A DNA stretch of 62,602 nucleotides, counting the filler, from Choristocarpus tenellus KU-1152 (Eukaryota; Protista; Phaeophyceae): the NCBI GenBank assembly GCA_964200185.2. It is 9 parts of 9 records of this genome, joined end to end, with 100 filler letters (N's around TTAATTAATTAA, not from the genome) between each part and the next. Parts side by side here need not be neighbours in the genome. Positions count along the whole stretch, not along the records: positions 1 to 10,554 come from CAXNAD020002860.1; positions 10,655 to 18,190 come from CAXNAD020005994.1; 7 more parts are not named here. The stretch is one strand, 5' to 3'. This document shows positions 1-13,800 of this stretch, one piece after another. The position numbers and the translations under genes were made by a program. Position 1 is the first letter of the stretch. Each line of letters opens with the position of its first letter. The notes beneath the pieces were generated by a model that saw only the letters and a program-made list of their open reading frames with translations, did no database searches and was not told where the DNA came from.

Positions 1-1065
1 TTGATTTGTTAGTTGAACCTGCGTACGTCCCCCACTATGCGCTCCCCTCGCAGACAACCTTAGCCCCCCCCCCCCCCCCCCCTCCCCTGCCTCAAGAATT
101 TCGCACAGAATAATTTTGATCGTAGCCAAGAATAGAATAGAATAGAGAGACCCTTAACCTTTTCAGAGGCAAGTTTACCTGTGCTGGAACACTTGCTATC
201 AAATCACAAAACACACTATCAAACGATTGTGAACAATCGTGGGGGGTCATCAGCAAAGCGCCTCACCAGGTCTGGGAAACCCGAGACCCGTCCTGTGCCG
301 GGCACAGACTGGACCGATCCCGTTAGAAAAAAATAAAATCCTCTTACTGAGTCAGTTTGCGTGATTCGATCCCATCGCATGTGTACCCAGTTGAGTGCAA
401 AGTCCTGATAAAAAAAAATAAAAAAAAAATGCTCCTGCCTCAGCTGTTAATATACTGCCTCCTTTTTTTTTTCTTTTTTTTTTCACTCATCGCAAAAAAA
501 AAAGTTCCTTCAGATGCAGGTATCATTTCTATTATCACCGGGGGGCCGCTGCAGCGGACGAGTGCTTAACTGCGTAGAGGGTCACAGCCCTGACACACAG
601 TTTACATGTCAAACGCTCGGGGCTGTGGACTTTTATATTCCATAGTCCTGCGCTTATTATTATTTTTTTGTTGTTGTATGAAAGCTTATTATTAAAATTA
701 CCAAACATTTCGTAGAATACGCAACACACACACACACACACACACACATGCATGCATGCATCTACATGTTATCATAATTGTAAAGAATAATACATGCAAA
801 AAAAAACAAAGAAGAAAATGTTGTACCCCGGACCGCCACTCTAAAAAATAAAATAAATTCTTCTCCTTCGAAGTTCGATATCCGCAACACACGGCAATCG
901 ACACCATTCACAGTTCGCCAGCACTAACAGGTCCCTTAGTGGGCAGGTCCACATTACAATGTGATATGTACCACTGACGGTGCAAGCAATTTGACGCACA
1001 TACACACAGACATATTTTCCATCTTTTCTTGAGCAGTCACAATGTGCTGTGCACCAAACACCAAA

Positions 1066-2571
1066 TCAAAGCACAATCTCAAAACCCGGTGCTAAGATCC
1101 AGTCCTGCCCCGAAGGAAGTAACCTGATCCAATGCAAGGTCCCAATAAAAACAAGAATATTCAGGTTCTGACTGCGCAGGTTCAGTCCCACATACCCTAG
1201 AGTAGTTATTAATCCGCATGTGGAAAGTCTCTGGTGCCCGCTGGGCAGGTCCTGTTGAAAAAATAACAGTACAAGGCTGACCCAATATATATTTGAACCA
1301 GGCTGGTCTGCAAACAGGACCGCTCTGCGGACTGGATCCTGATCCCTTACACTCACCTGAACCAGAAAAAAGGTAAACCGGAAAAAAAAATTAAAGTTCT
1401 AATAAAAAAAAGAAAAGAAGACAAGACTTTCGAAACCTTGAGCCCCATGTTTAAGCAAAAAGGCTCACCCCCTTGCCTGGGGTATAAATCAATCATCCGA
1501 TGTAAAGATGACTTGACTTTCCAAGGGGAGTAAGTACCTCAACACCTTGGGAAGGCAAGATTGGCAGTTAGTTTCACAGAAACAGTTGCTGTTCACGAAA
1601 AAACAACAGATTCAATTTTGATAGAACCCGGCACATCTTTGACAACCTAGGACCAGCTAGCGCATGCTGCGAATTGGAACATGAGAACATTGAGATGTCA
1701 AGACGGATCGAACTCACTCTCCACGCTGTAAGCATACATATAGGTATGCATGGAGGGTATAGAGAGGGCATGTGGCAGCAATGCGGCCTCCCTTAATTTA
1801 TGGAACTCCCACACCACTATGTGTAAGAGGCGGTGTTTCATGTATTGAGAATTTTATTTCCATCTTGCAGACAGATGAAAAAACTACAAGGCCCCCTGAG
1901 ATGAACAAAAAACCCAACTCACAAACAGTAGCAAATGTAAGAGTAAAAATATGTCTATTTATACATGTGAAGCATACACATGTATATATACATATAAACA
2001 TAATTTTGTAGGCAGTGAGTCACAGTCAACTCCCCTTTTTTTCCCCCGAGAAAGGATAACCTAAGCCACCACGGCATCCTAAAGCCACCCACAAAATAGC
2101 AATAACGCTTCCAGTCACCAGCAAATGCAAGGTAGTAGACCATTGTATGTGTGCACATTGTTTATGTAAGTAGTACAGTCCAGGTAGCACACATCTTTCA
2201 ATTCTCAAACCTCCTCCAATACTTCAGGCAGATGGACATTGGCACAAAAAAAAATTGAAGCAACCTATGACCACTCCCTCCCTTTCCGCCTATCCCACCC
2301 CCTAATAAATAAATAAAAAGACTTGTGCACATAAAATAAATAAAACACACCCACCTACCTCCTTGAGGTCTACTCCAGTCCAGCCAACAGCGTGAGCCTC
2401 TGCTGATGCAGAGAACGCCTTCCATGTGGCCCCTCGTGCGACCATGACGCTTCCCCCAAGCCACTCCTTCGCTCCCCTAACCTCATTCTCTGCCACCCTT
2501 CTCCCCTCCCCAAGCCTTTCACTGGCAGCACGGACGCCTCCCCTCATTGCAGAGGTCAACGATCGAGGTGC
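1066..2571 (-). CDS. Possible exons of an unidentified gene (exon ~2359-2571, possible terminal exon 1066-1356)
   Basis: GC-rich open segment ...AMRGGVRAASERLGEG...GWTGVDLKE between a ctgtag acceptor and a GAG|gtaggt donor, with a phase-compatible ttcag acceptor at 1356. No recognisable domain. Confidence 0.3.
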
Positions 2572-3670
2572 TACAGTGTACGGTATTGCGGTTTTACATA
2601 GACGATAGGGAGGCGATGTTCATATGCGTGTATGTCATATGTGAGTGGAAGCGGTCTTTGAAGCAGGGGCAGGGGTGACACATTGGCTGATGTAGAAGGG
2701 GGGGGTCAAACTTATATCCACATTTGAGCCAGTCATATTGGGGAAGCTTCTAGAAGGAAGGGAATTCAAAAATATTGATTGCACCAGACACGGAGTTAAT
2801 TCACACCTTCCTGATAGGTGTAACAATGTAACACTTGAAGCAGTGCTTGTGCTAGAGCAGTGTGTATTTGCTCTTCTTCCAAGAATTGAGCTTGTGAAAA
2901 GAAAAAAAAAATCACCACGTTCCGCTCATTTCAAAGTTGAAGCTGAAGCCTTTGAAAGCGACTCATTCGCATTTCATTCCTTGCACTCGCTTGCGATCAT
3001 TATTGATATATATATATATGTATATGTTATCTTGGAGAAGAGCCAGTGCACTATTGATGGCAAGAGACATTTGCTGCTGTAGAAGAACTTTGAATGTTGA
3101 TTGTGGACAAATCATAGATGGCTCATTTTCACACATGCGGAACGAAGCCAAGAATCCCTCATATCATGTACAGTCAGCAACCCGAATCCCTAAAGACTGT
3201 CTTTAGGCTTGCAAATGGTGATCCTGTCATACCCAGCACAACTCTTGCTCACAGTCTACAGCAAAATGGTGCGAGATAAGATGAACATGGGGGTAACCAT
3301 AGGTGGAGTTCAATATTCTTCTTGTCGGCCTCGAGGAAATCTCCTAAGCTTTGAATCATAGAGGCAGCAACACATAATCCGCAAAAGTATGTGTAAAAAC
3401 AAAACCCAACCAATGGTATGGAATGTATCTTACCTCAAGAATTGTGTACACTCTCCACTCTTTGATAATGTTTATTTCACTGTGCTTACACACAGTGAGT
3501 GACCACTAAAAGAATCTATTTATCTGACGTAACTGAAGGATTTTTGACTCCAAAAACCTGGAGATTTTCGGACGCATACTAAGCACCTACCCAGCCTTCT
3601 CACAAACATTACATGGAAATGCCCGCAAAAAGAGCCTCGTACATTCCCAGCCCGTAAATTTCTGGTCCCC

Positions 3671-6600
3671 ATGCCGCACCTTCCCTCACAGCGTTGCAGA
3701 AGGCCGTGGTCTGCGCTGTCATTCCTGCTCTTGCAACCGCCGCATGACACCGCAAACCATTATACACCCCCTCCACCACCTCCTGCAGTCCACCCCATCC
3801 TGAACCTAGTGCGATCCTGGGTGCACGAGAAACCGTCAGGTTATGGTGTGCTCCCATACCATCACATTTTGTGTCTAATCTAGTGATTCTCAATGTGATT
3901 TACTCGAAGAATGAGGTCGAAAGACGAGGTCGTAATCTGTTCACCATACAGATGTCTAGCATTTAGCGCTATATAAATATGCCTACTAGATCATCATGGC
4001 AAGCTGATTTATTAATGAAGTGAGAGGTAGATTACTGTCGTCAACCAACCGATAGCACCTGGTAATTTCCCCACAATTGTATCGTCTTTTCGCCAAGTGG
4101 CTAGTTGCAGTCGTAGAAGGCCAGCCTGATGCATCTCCAAATGAGATGAAGGGAATTAGAAGCGCAGTGATAAGAAATACCCGAGAGATATTAACCATTT
4201 TGAAGACCCGAACTAGCGCCAATGACAATGTTATTGCGAAGGAAACGATCTCCCTCTCAGATTTCCCGCCCCCAAAAAGAACGTTCCAGGTTCTCCTCCC
4301 CCAACTTTAAGATGAGCTGCGCCAGATACTGCCTAGCCGTAGCTGGAACGACGGGCGACACCCCCCACTGCTTCAACCTCTCCACCCTGTTCTTCAAAAA
4401 TAGGTAATGAGGAACTTAGATGCATTCAGGATATCCACAGAAATTTAAGTTTGATTGAAAGATGATCATAAGTACTAGAGTTTTCAAGGACTAGCACGTA
4501 CCCCTGGGTGCACCCTGGCATACGCAGATGTTACACTCCTTTCCCCTTTCTGTTTACTCTTACTAACTTCACCATCTCCTACGAAAAAGAGCCAGTGCAC
4601 GAGCCTTGTACTCTAACCCTATTTTCATGGATGTGAACATGAAACGTTTACGCGCAATCCCTCACATAATCAAAAAGGATAATGCCCACTTCCCCATCCA
4701 TTATTCTCCACAGGTCCCCCTACCCCCTTGATCGTGACCTGCTGGAACTTTCGTTATCAATGGAGTAATTCATAAGCTGTCAATAATCCTACGCCAGGAT
4801 CTTGTTGATAGTGTGCACGGTGAAACTGCCCCAAAGGAGAACCAATCCAAGCGTGGAGGGAGCTGTGAGGATATTGATGCAGGTGGTCTACCAGAGTGTC
4901 CAAGCTGATATACCTCGGTAATTGAGACCGTCGGCAGTAACATCTGGATTTCGTGCTCTCTGCGAAGCGATTGCATCCTAGGACTGTACAATGGTAAGGA
5001 GTGAAGAAGTTCTATAAAAAACCTTAATGTGATGAACGGCATCGCCTGCTTCCGAACGGAACTCATCTCGAGTGGGCGTTATCTCTCTCAGCTGATGCCA
5101 TTGCTTACCCAAGATATTCGTGCCTTAATGGAGAGCTTGATCCTTTCAAGGTGCAAGATTCATGCTAATGCTCTCTTCCTGCTACAAGTTCATAACTTAA
5201 CAAATTTGTCCTATGTAATTGCACATCCCATATCACATATCGCATTGGGCAGTGCATCCTAGCTGTCCTGAGCGTGACCGTGGGAATGACGTGGTTCTTC
5301 ATTGAGGCGTGGATTTTTGCAATCCGGGACAAAGAAGTTTGGCTGATGGGCCTCCTTGCCATCACAACTGCCACTGTTATCTTTTCCCACGCCTACTTCA
5401 TCTGGCTTGCGATCGCTCATCGCGAACAGGTATGCTCATGCAGGCAACGATACCCTGGTCGCTCCAATCGTGGATAAGAAAGAGTGATTTCGATCAATAT
5501 GTTCAAATTGTGAATGTCGATCACTCCCTCGTTCCGTGTGTTATTTTTTTCTCAAGCATCTTTGCGAGGCTTGCCACAGATGTGGTTAGCCGATCGAAAG
5601 TTCCAACAGCGGGTCCGTTCGTGGTCGGTTGTGCGGAAAATTGGTCGATGAGGAATAGAGCAAGAGCCAGAATTTTTAATGATCTTCATAGACGGATAGT
5701 CACTGCGCAAGCAATTTTAAATTCGATCTTCCGAAGACTCTCACACACTCAAAAACATATTTCAAAGCAACACAAATCGAATATCTTCAAATGTAGTGTG
5801 TTGAGATTTTCCTGCTCAACTTCCTACAACTCTCCTATCCACGTATCCTATTGACAGTTCTACATGATGCTAATTCCCAGCAACGACTCACTCAAGCCGA
5901 GGGGAGTCACTACCGAGAACCGCACACTCTTTGCCACCTTTCTTTATGACCCACTCGCGTGTCTTAGCGTCCGGCGAAATGAAGAGGGGCAGGAGGTAAT
6001 TGGCTGGGAGTTGCGATCCACTCCCCTAACGGCAGAGGAGCAGGACCTGTTCCAATCCCCCAAAGGTCACTTAGATCCTTGCATGGACGTAGACAGTGTC
6101 AAGTGGACGCCAAAGATTGACTCGAAGATACGGAATAGATCAAGGTCAGACTCACTATGGAGTACTGCTGGGGTCAGAGGATCAACCGTTCCCAAAGTGC
6201 GCTTGAATTCGGGTGGGGATGGTGAGATGGAAGGTGCAGGGATAGGAGAATGGGTTGACAGCAGCAATGGGGTAGGTATGGGGAAGGATAGCTGCACACA
6301 GGCTGCTACAGGAATTGAGGCTACTGAGTTCTTATCCTGGTCAACACGTGGAGATCTTGAGAGTGGAGACTGCTTGTGTAGCCCCAGCCCCATTACACAA
6401 TATGATGGCACTAGCTCTGATACTGCTGACACCTACAGTAGCAGAAGTGACTGGGACCGGGTAGAGGTAAGGGCAGCACTGAATGTTGACTCTTCAGAAA
6501 ACGATAGGCAGCATGGGGAGGAGAGTAAGGAGGGTGGAAACAAAACCATTCCGATAGAGGAGCTAGGTGCTGATCAATTGTCCGTGACTAGTAACACAAC

Positions 6601-8637
6601 AAAGTCTCCCATTAGGGGTGTGGCATCGAACCTGAGGGAGCGATGTGGGAGAGATGGTTACACCCTTCGGGAGGCCATCACGGGAGGGAACGATATAGAG
6701 GCAGGAGGTCAAGGTATAATGAAGGCCAGCACAAGGAGGTTGAGGAGAGACGGTAAAGGGGAGCAAGGGAATCATCAGGACTCAATAGCAATTGTCCATG
6801 TTCATGAACTTCCAGACATGTGTTCCATATGCCTTGGGGAGTATGAGGAGCATGAGACTGTGCATGTATTGCCATGCCTCCACATGTATCATAAGGAGGT
6901 AAGTGATCCAAACCCTCTAAACATATTCCTGGCCTCATGAACACAGAGAATTATTGGAATAGTAGACCACTGGAGAGTGAAAGTATCTTAGAGGGTACAA
7001 GTTTTACCCTGTTTGTCCATTTGGGGCTTGGCTTCCCAAGGGTTTTTTTCATTACATTTTCCCATTCCAAAATGTCTCGGAGTAGGTAAATATGTATGTT
7101 TTGGAGTTGGTATCATGTATATCTCGAGAATAAGGATATTGACACTTCCTAAAAAATACGATTGTCAAAATTTCATCAAAATCGCGACATTGGATTTTGG
7201 CCCCCAAATGGACGTAGTTCTACCCTCCAAGATCCTTTGACTCTGGAAGTAGTAGCCAGTTGAGGCCACACTTTGAAGTATCAAGATACTCTGGAGTACT
7301 ACGTACATGTAGCCAGGCTGCTTGAGACCCCCTTCTGTCAGTTCTATTTTGTGGGAATATGCTATGAAGTGCCTTGTCCCCCTTGGCAGTTATGTCCTCT
7401 GGGGTAATTGGGGAAAAAAGTGGAAGGACATCTTTCACTCCCCGAGATCAATGTGGTGTACATTATCAAGGCATAATTAACCGCACATATAGTGTATACC
7501 ATTTCATTATGATGGGTAGCAACTATTCCTTGTCGCTAATTCTCCCAAGAAGTTTCAGGTGTAACCCCCTCTCTGATCCCCTTTACTCCCCTTCTTCCGC
7601 AAGTCTATCTCGGGTGTCTTGATTGCATGCATGCCATGGTTGAGAAGGAGAAAAAGTGATCACTGCAGTAGTCCTGGGGCACATATGTACCCCAGAGGAA
7701 TGTTGTCGATTTCAGCTGTTGGTTTGGGTGGAGAAAGGAAAGGATGACATCACATTATCTTTGTTGAAACATGGATTATCAGTGACAACGCACATATGAT
7801 TCGATTTTGCACTTTGCTGTGTACTTTATTCCAAGGTAATCCTTGTTTTGAAATCTCTGATGGCTGGAGAAGAGCATCCCTTGTCTCTCAGGTACCTGAA
7901 ATATGAGTGCACACATATGTATTAAAAAATAATGGACACGCATGGTTTGTTACAATGTTACAACTCTTGCAAAATCTATTATTTTCCAGTTGATGTTGGT
8001 AGCTGGGATCTCGAACCATTGCGAAGTCCTAGAGATTAGAGTTGATTCTCAACTGCAAATTATACAGAAACCTTTTTTTTTTAAGTCTGTGGGTGCTGGT
8101 TGAGTCACAAGAGTCTGTACAGCTTCCTTGGCCAGAAGCAAAGAGTTTCTCGGGTTTAATGCTATGGCCAAGGTATATATCTTCAATGGAGACAAAGGGG
8201 TATTTGAAGTTTTCTCAGAAACCCTTTATCATTGTATTGGCCAAAAGCGCTCCCCACGGTGCTCATATATACGTACTGCTTGGCGTCAATAGTGACCCTG
8301 AAGAATCAATGACATCCCCCTCATAGATGGCATCACTCACGGATTTACCATTAACCTTTTGTTACTCTCACGACCTTGGCGCATCATTCCCCATCTCTCT
8401 AACCTCCCCCAATCACAGTGTCTGGACACCTGGATAGAGGGGCACGACTCCTGCCCATTCTGCAAGATCAACCTAAATGTTCATCCCCCAACCCTCACTG
8501 CCTATCAGCGTAACAAGCGCCTTCTGGAGGCCTTGCTCATGCTTCCCCTCCTACCCCCACGATCCTACTGGAGTCACATCATTGGATCCCCCAACCCTCC
8601 ATCGGCACCATCCCATGATCTTCATGAAATGTTGTAG
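3671..8637 (+). CDS. Membrane-anchored RING-H2 E3 ubiquitin ligase, ~531 aa; exons 3671-3839, 5263-5429, 5858-6898, 8419-8637
   Basis: GT-AG introns in consistent phase. Two hydrophobic helices in exon 2. RING-H2 CSIC-LGEYEEHETVHVLP-C-L-H-MY-H-KE|C-LDTWIEGHDS-CPFC is split across exons 3 and 4. Exon 1 assignment is less certain. Confidence 0.85.
6975..7243 (+). mobile_element. MITE family A, full copy in a RING gene intron
   Basis: TIRs GAGTGAAAGTATCTTAGAGGGTA / TACCCTCCAAGATCCTTTGACTC, flanked by TGGA on both sides. Internal sequence is shared with seven other copies in the window. Confidence 0.9.
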
Positions 8638-9416
8638 TGTGCGCAGTCCCTTCACTTCATGTGCAAAAAAACCACTTCAGCCTATGCAGGGGCTTACTTT
8701 CATTTGACACATGATGGCATTTTGAAGAAAGGTAGTAGTGTGTGCCGTTCACTGAAAGAGGACAATATACTTGATCTGCTTCTTGGCTGTCAGAAAGGAA
8801 TTTCATTTATGTGGATGACAGAGAAATTTGTGACCCCCAACAGCATCTCAACAAGATAGGCTAAGGTGAACATTTGGGTTGGTAGCCCTCAATGTGAGAG
8901 CCACCAATTCTTGTTCTGCCCCAGCAAACAGGCTTTGAAGTATTTGTAGAGGGGTGTGGAGAGTAGAGTTGTGGGATTGAAGAGGAGAGCATGGGAGGCA
9001 TTTTTTTCCTATTTGTGCATGAAATTATGATCTTTTTTTTATTTCGGGTATTGTATCAGCAGTGGTGCATGTTGAAACTGATATGGATCTGATCTCCAAT
9101 GTAATGAGCTAAAACTATATGAAGGTGGATGCTGTACATGCGCATTTTGCACATATTATGCATGTGTTGAATGGAGATGTAGTGATGTGTGGTGCTACAG
9201 AGCTTTTCTGTTGCAAGGCCCATCTTAGTTGCAGTGATTGGTTATGGAGGAAGCACTTCCGCCACATAGTTATAGGACCTCATATTACCTTCCTGCTATT
9301 GACCAGAGGTCCTCATTTGAACTTCTTGTTCAGTTTTCAACGTGACTTGTGACAAAAAAAACTTGTCCTCTTTTGTGAGTATAGCTCAGGGTCTAAGAGA
9401 TATTGTCTCCTCTCAA

Positions 9417-9676
9417 GAACAAGAGAAATTGAGAGGTAGGTAGGTTTTTGCCCTTGTTAATTCGAGGTCATCATTCTTGCCCTGTCCAATACACTCTATT
9501 ACATTGCTCTGTGTCCACCATAGCTTACACAAAAATTGATACTCCCCCTTTCCTCGCACAAAGTGATACCACAGTTAGGAATACGCTCTAGTCGCAATAA
9601 GTGTAAAATTGCGCCTGTGTACGATTTCTCGTGTATCTTAAAAACATTGTTCCCTACCTCTCAATTGCTTTGGTTC
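9417..9676. mobile_element. MITE-like element (family D)
   Basis: Inverted ends AATTGAGAGGTAGG / CCTACCTCTCAATT about 260 bp apart; the terminus resembles the family B TIR. Confidence 0.6.
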
Positions 9677-10363
9677 AGTAGGGTCAATAGTTTTGGCACA
9701 AATTAAGATTGTCAACTGTACGTCCATTCCCTTGACCATGCTTTATCATTGTGCGGCGAAATATATAACACAGAAGAAACAATAACATGATTAGCTGAGG
9801 CAATTCTGGATTTCAGTGCACTATGCAGAAATACGTGATTTCAAGATAACATTTGATGTAAACTATATGTATGTTAACGGAATAGACGATGTGTCTTATA
9901 TGTGAGTTTTTAATCAGAAAAATAAAATGGAGTAACTCTTTATTGTTTCAATACTCCCGAGTACAACGTATTGTGCTTCACACAGTGGTAGTGTGGATGG
10001 TGTTGGTTTCTCATTTTCGAATACCACAAATGTGGTTGGTGCATCCGAAGACCCTTTGTGTAGTCAATGCTGACTCAGTCGTTGTGATGTTCGTTGTGTT
10101 GCCTGTCTTAGGTGGGTTGCTTTTTGTTCCATGACATCTCCCTGTAAAGCATCATATGAGTGTTGCAATTTATAGAGATAGGTATAGTATCAGCTGTACG
10201 TAGAAAACAGTGTATTGTGCCGTGTGCTGTGTGGGGAGAATGTACCACCCAACACTAGCAAAGGACAAGAAGTAATTTTCTGATGTTTGAACTGATAAAA
10301 GACAGACATAAAATCTCCCCTAATGCATGGTGGGTGGCTAACTCATCCAAGATCTATGCTTGA

Positions 10364-10554
10364 GAGTAAACGTATCTTAGAAGGTATGAGTTTCTCCTGT
10401 TGGTCCATTTGTGGCTTGGCTCCCCATGGTATCTTTTTATGACATTTTCCTACTCCAAAATGTTTCGGAGTAGGTAAAATATATACATTATGAAAAGGTG
10501 TGTCCGGAACAAGGATATAGACACTTCCTAACAAACATGATAGCCAAAATTACA
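10364..10554 (+). mobile_element. MITE family A, truncated by contig end
   Basis: Clear similarity to the first ~190 bp of the copy at 6975-7243. Confidence 0.85.
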
Positions 10555-10654
10555 NNNNNNNNNNNNNNNNNNNNNNNNNNNNNNNNNNNNNNNNNNNNTT
10601 AATTAATTAANNNNNNNNNNNNNNNNNNNNNNNNNNNNNNNNNNNNNNNNNNNN
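10555..10654. other. Artificial contig-joining linker (44 N + TTAATTAATTAA + 44 N); identical linkers at 18191-18290, 20843-20942, 38574-38673, 42432-42531, 49091-49190, 52717-52816, 59273-59372
   Basis: The same 100-nt spacer occurs eight times and its core has stop codons in all six frames. Genes and repeats are cut off at these points. Confidence 0.98.
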
Positions 10655-10831
10655 CCCGAAAGAAAGAGTTTGTTTTTGTGTGTGTGTGTGGGTGTTTGGT
10701 GGCCCGCCTTTCTTGCTCTTTTTTTTTTTCATCACATCCCTCCACTCTCTCCTCCATCCTTGATCCCCTACCTCTTGCCCATTACACCCCTCCCCCCCCA
10801 AAACCCCTCTCAACTCCTCTAAAAATCCCAG

Positions 10832-13800
10832 GTCCTGGCTGCACTCTGCAACCTGTCGCTCTCTGGGTGCATTGGGGAGGACCCCGCCCGCTTCCTTGAG
10901 GCCGTGGACGTGAACAACCTGGTTTCGTTCCTGTGCTCTGCCGATGTTACCTACAGGCTCTTTGGTGCCGTGACCCTAGGGAACATTGCCTCTGACGTTG
11001 GCCTTCAAGCACCAATTGTGCACGGTGGTGCCCTCACCCCTCTCATCACCATTGCCAACGCTGCCGACCTCGAGACTCAGCGTTGCATAGCGTACTCACT
11101 GTGCAACCTGTCTGCTGATCCGTCCTGGAGGACGACTATTGTCACTGAAGGAGGTCTTCCACCCTTAGTCTCCTTGGCCTGTAGTGACCACCCCGTAGAC
11201 CAGAGGGCTGCAATTGCAACACTCCGAGCCATTGCTACAGAACCTAAGCATCGCAGGGCAATTGTTGAAACCGGCGCGCTCGAGGCTGTTCACTTGGGAG
11301 CGAGGTTTGTGTGAAAAAGTGAATGCTGGGGAAAGGATTAAAGGGGAAGGGGTTTAGGAGAGTGGAATTTGGAGGGGAAGTGGCACTGGTGGTAAAAGGG
11401 AGACAGAAACAGTATAGTCGCTTGGAGTGTAGAGGCAGACTAAACAGGAGGTGCCCAGGTCTTGGCCGTATTTTATTCTAAACCAATTTTTTTTTAATCT
11501 TTCGCAAGAGGCATGTGTTTTTGTGAATGAAGTGCTATGTTTGGCTTGAGAACGTTGATTTTTTCTGTTCTTTGAAAAAAAAGTCACTTTGACACAATTG
11601 TGAAAATATCCTATATATGCATTTGTAGGAATAGACGAATTTTGCACACTGTTTTGTCAGCGTCCGTAAAATGAGTTTTGTCTCCGAGCCTCTCGTTCAC
11701 CTTGACTTGTAGGGTAGAAGCAGCAGAACTTGGGCTTGGAAAGAAAAAGAAATCTAGAGGGAAATTGGAGTGATGGGGGCTGTCAAAACCGTATAGAGGG
11801 AAATTATTATTCCAACCCAAGGTAGTGTACTGCAATAGATGTATGTTTATATTAATTTACAGTTTAAAATCAACATCTACGTTTGTTTTTTTCCCTGAAA
11901 AAGGAGTGATATTTGTTGCGTTCATTAGGAGATAATTCATGTTTGTAGGAGACATATATATATATATATAATTCATGTTGCTCCATCAAGAATAATTTTA
12001 CAGCTCCTGCAACTATAGGCACTCTTCTTTTTTCATATATATATATATATAGTGAGCAGTACATACCAATATAATTCCCATACACTACTCTCCCAATTGC
12101 AATCAGAACCTTTTCTTCCTCTCCTCGCACACTCGCTTCTCTTCGACCCTCCAAAATTGTCTAGGTGTGAAGATAGTGTAGGGGTACAGCAGGAGGCAGC
12201 GCGACTCTTCTTTGCCCTTTCCCTCAATGAACTCAACAAGCTTGACATTGCTGGGATTGCCTCCCCATCTTCACCTGAGGAAGGATTGATCATTGATCTC
12301 GTTGCCCTGGCACGGAGCGGTGATGTCCTGGGCTGTCGCTATGCAGTCGGAGCCCTGGCCAACCTCAGCGAGAACGAGACCACCCATGAACGTCTTTTGA
12401 GGTGGGGGGCTGGCTTCCTGTGCAAATTGACATTGGATTGGATCGGTGGGGGTTGGGTAGAGCTCGAAGATCGTGCTTGGGAGGAAAGGGGAGAAGGAGA
12501 AGCGCAGGGAGATAGCGGCATCGCTTCAAAGGTGGATTTAGGGTCGGGACCAGAGGGAGATGGTGGCAGCACCATTGGAAAAGGTGGGGATGGAGGACAT
12601 GCAGATGTGGGAACGATGAGGGAGATAGCAAGGTGTGTTGCAAACCTGGCTGGGAATTATGCGTCACATCCACATCTCCTGGAGGGCGGGGCTGGAGAAG
12701 CTTTGGTGCGGTCCTTGAGGTCGAAGGATGCCATAACCACCAGGTTCGCCGCACTGGGACTGGCCAACCTCTCTGCACAGGTAGGATTAGTGCATATGGT
12801 GAGGGGCAAATCATCTCGTTGAAAAGGAGTGAAGGGAACGGGGAGACGATTCACACAGAAGAGTAGTCCAGTGGAATGCTCCAAGTACTAATGCCTTCAG
12901 GAATCATAAGTATCAACAGCAGTGTGTGGATTGTGGGTTCTAGAAGTGCTTGGAACAATGTGTGATTGGCGGATAGCTAGGAGATGGATAGGTAACACTG
13001 ATGTGCTCTTTCTTCAATGACTTCTCACAAACCTGCTTGAGCAAGGTACTAGGGAGTATTGAAGTAGGGTCTATGCTCCACATTTTTTATGGAAGCCCTA
13101 ACTCACAGTCAAGATCTGATCATATCCCTCATCAGGCTAATGCCTTGACTGTTCTACCTAATGCCTAATGCATCAAATTAGCTCAATCCTTGTGTCACTA
13201 CTATATCACCCGGCTCCTTGATTCTCCTCCTGATCGCAGCCAACGTATCAAGAAATGGTATGAAGTTACCAAGAGCCTCTACGGCAGTCCATTTTGAAAC
13301 CTTCCCCCTTCTCCGACTCTGTGCCTCCTTTTATCCTCCCCATTTCCCTCCCCTTCTGTCGTTGACCTGCTCTGTGGCAAGAAGACCAAAAACCACACAC
13401 ATGTGTGTGATGCAGGTGCCATTCGGCCCCTGGTTGAGTTGGCTGCTGGAGGGGCTCGTGAATTCATACTTCTCAGGGATGATGGGGTACCTGACATTGA
13501 AGGCATGGCGGACCCCTTGCGAAAACGAAGACTGGATGAAGAAATGATACACTTCCTTGGCTATGATGTTGACTGCAGAAGGTAGGAAGATATGATCACG
13601 AGAGGATTGTTCGGGCAGGGGCAGGCATGGCTGAGGCCGTGTTCTCTTTGATTGACAGAAGATAAATAGACGACTAGCTGTGAGATAATATGAACCGACG
13701 GAAACATAGAGGAGAACAAGGACCACTGGTTGGTGATATGCATGTTACCATATTGCAACTGGGCATTTTTTGGGACAGTATTGTCTCAGGACAATTGCCT

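Noticed and set aside
223-256. CTGATGA plus hairpin on the minus strand, resembling a hammerhead ribozyme core
   Set aside because: No GAAA after stem II and no closing stems.
4741-5150. Long + frame broken only by two TGA codons (possible selenoprotein or readthrough)
   Set aside because: No start, no redox motif, no SECIS found and no recognisable homology.
7013-7240. Family of similar short ORFs (also 10343, 57164, 59054)
   Set aside because: Chance translations of MITE family A, and the frames are not conserved between copies.
7995-8060. GGTTCGAGATCCC B-box-like motif on the minus strand (tRNA or SINE)
   Set aside because: No cloverleaf, no convincing A-box and no second copy.
10599-10610. 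Recurrent TTAATTAATTAA palindrome between N runs
   Set aside because: Artificial six-frame-stop linker. It also means that adjacency of genes on different contigs (e.g. two E3 ligases, CNOT2, ABCA) has no biological meaning.
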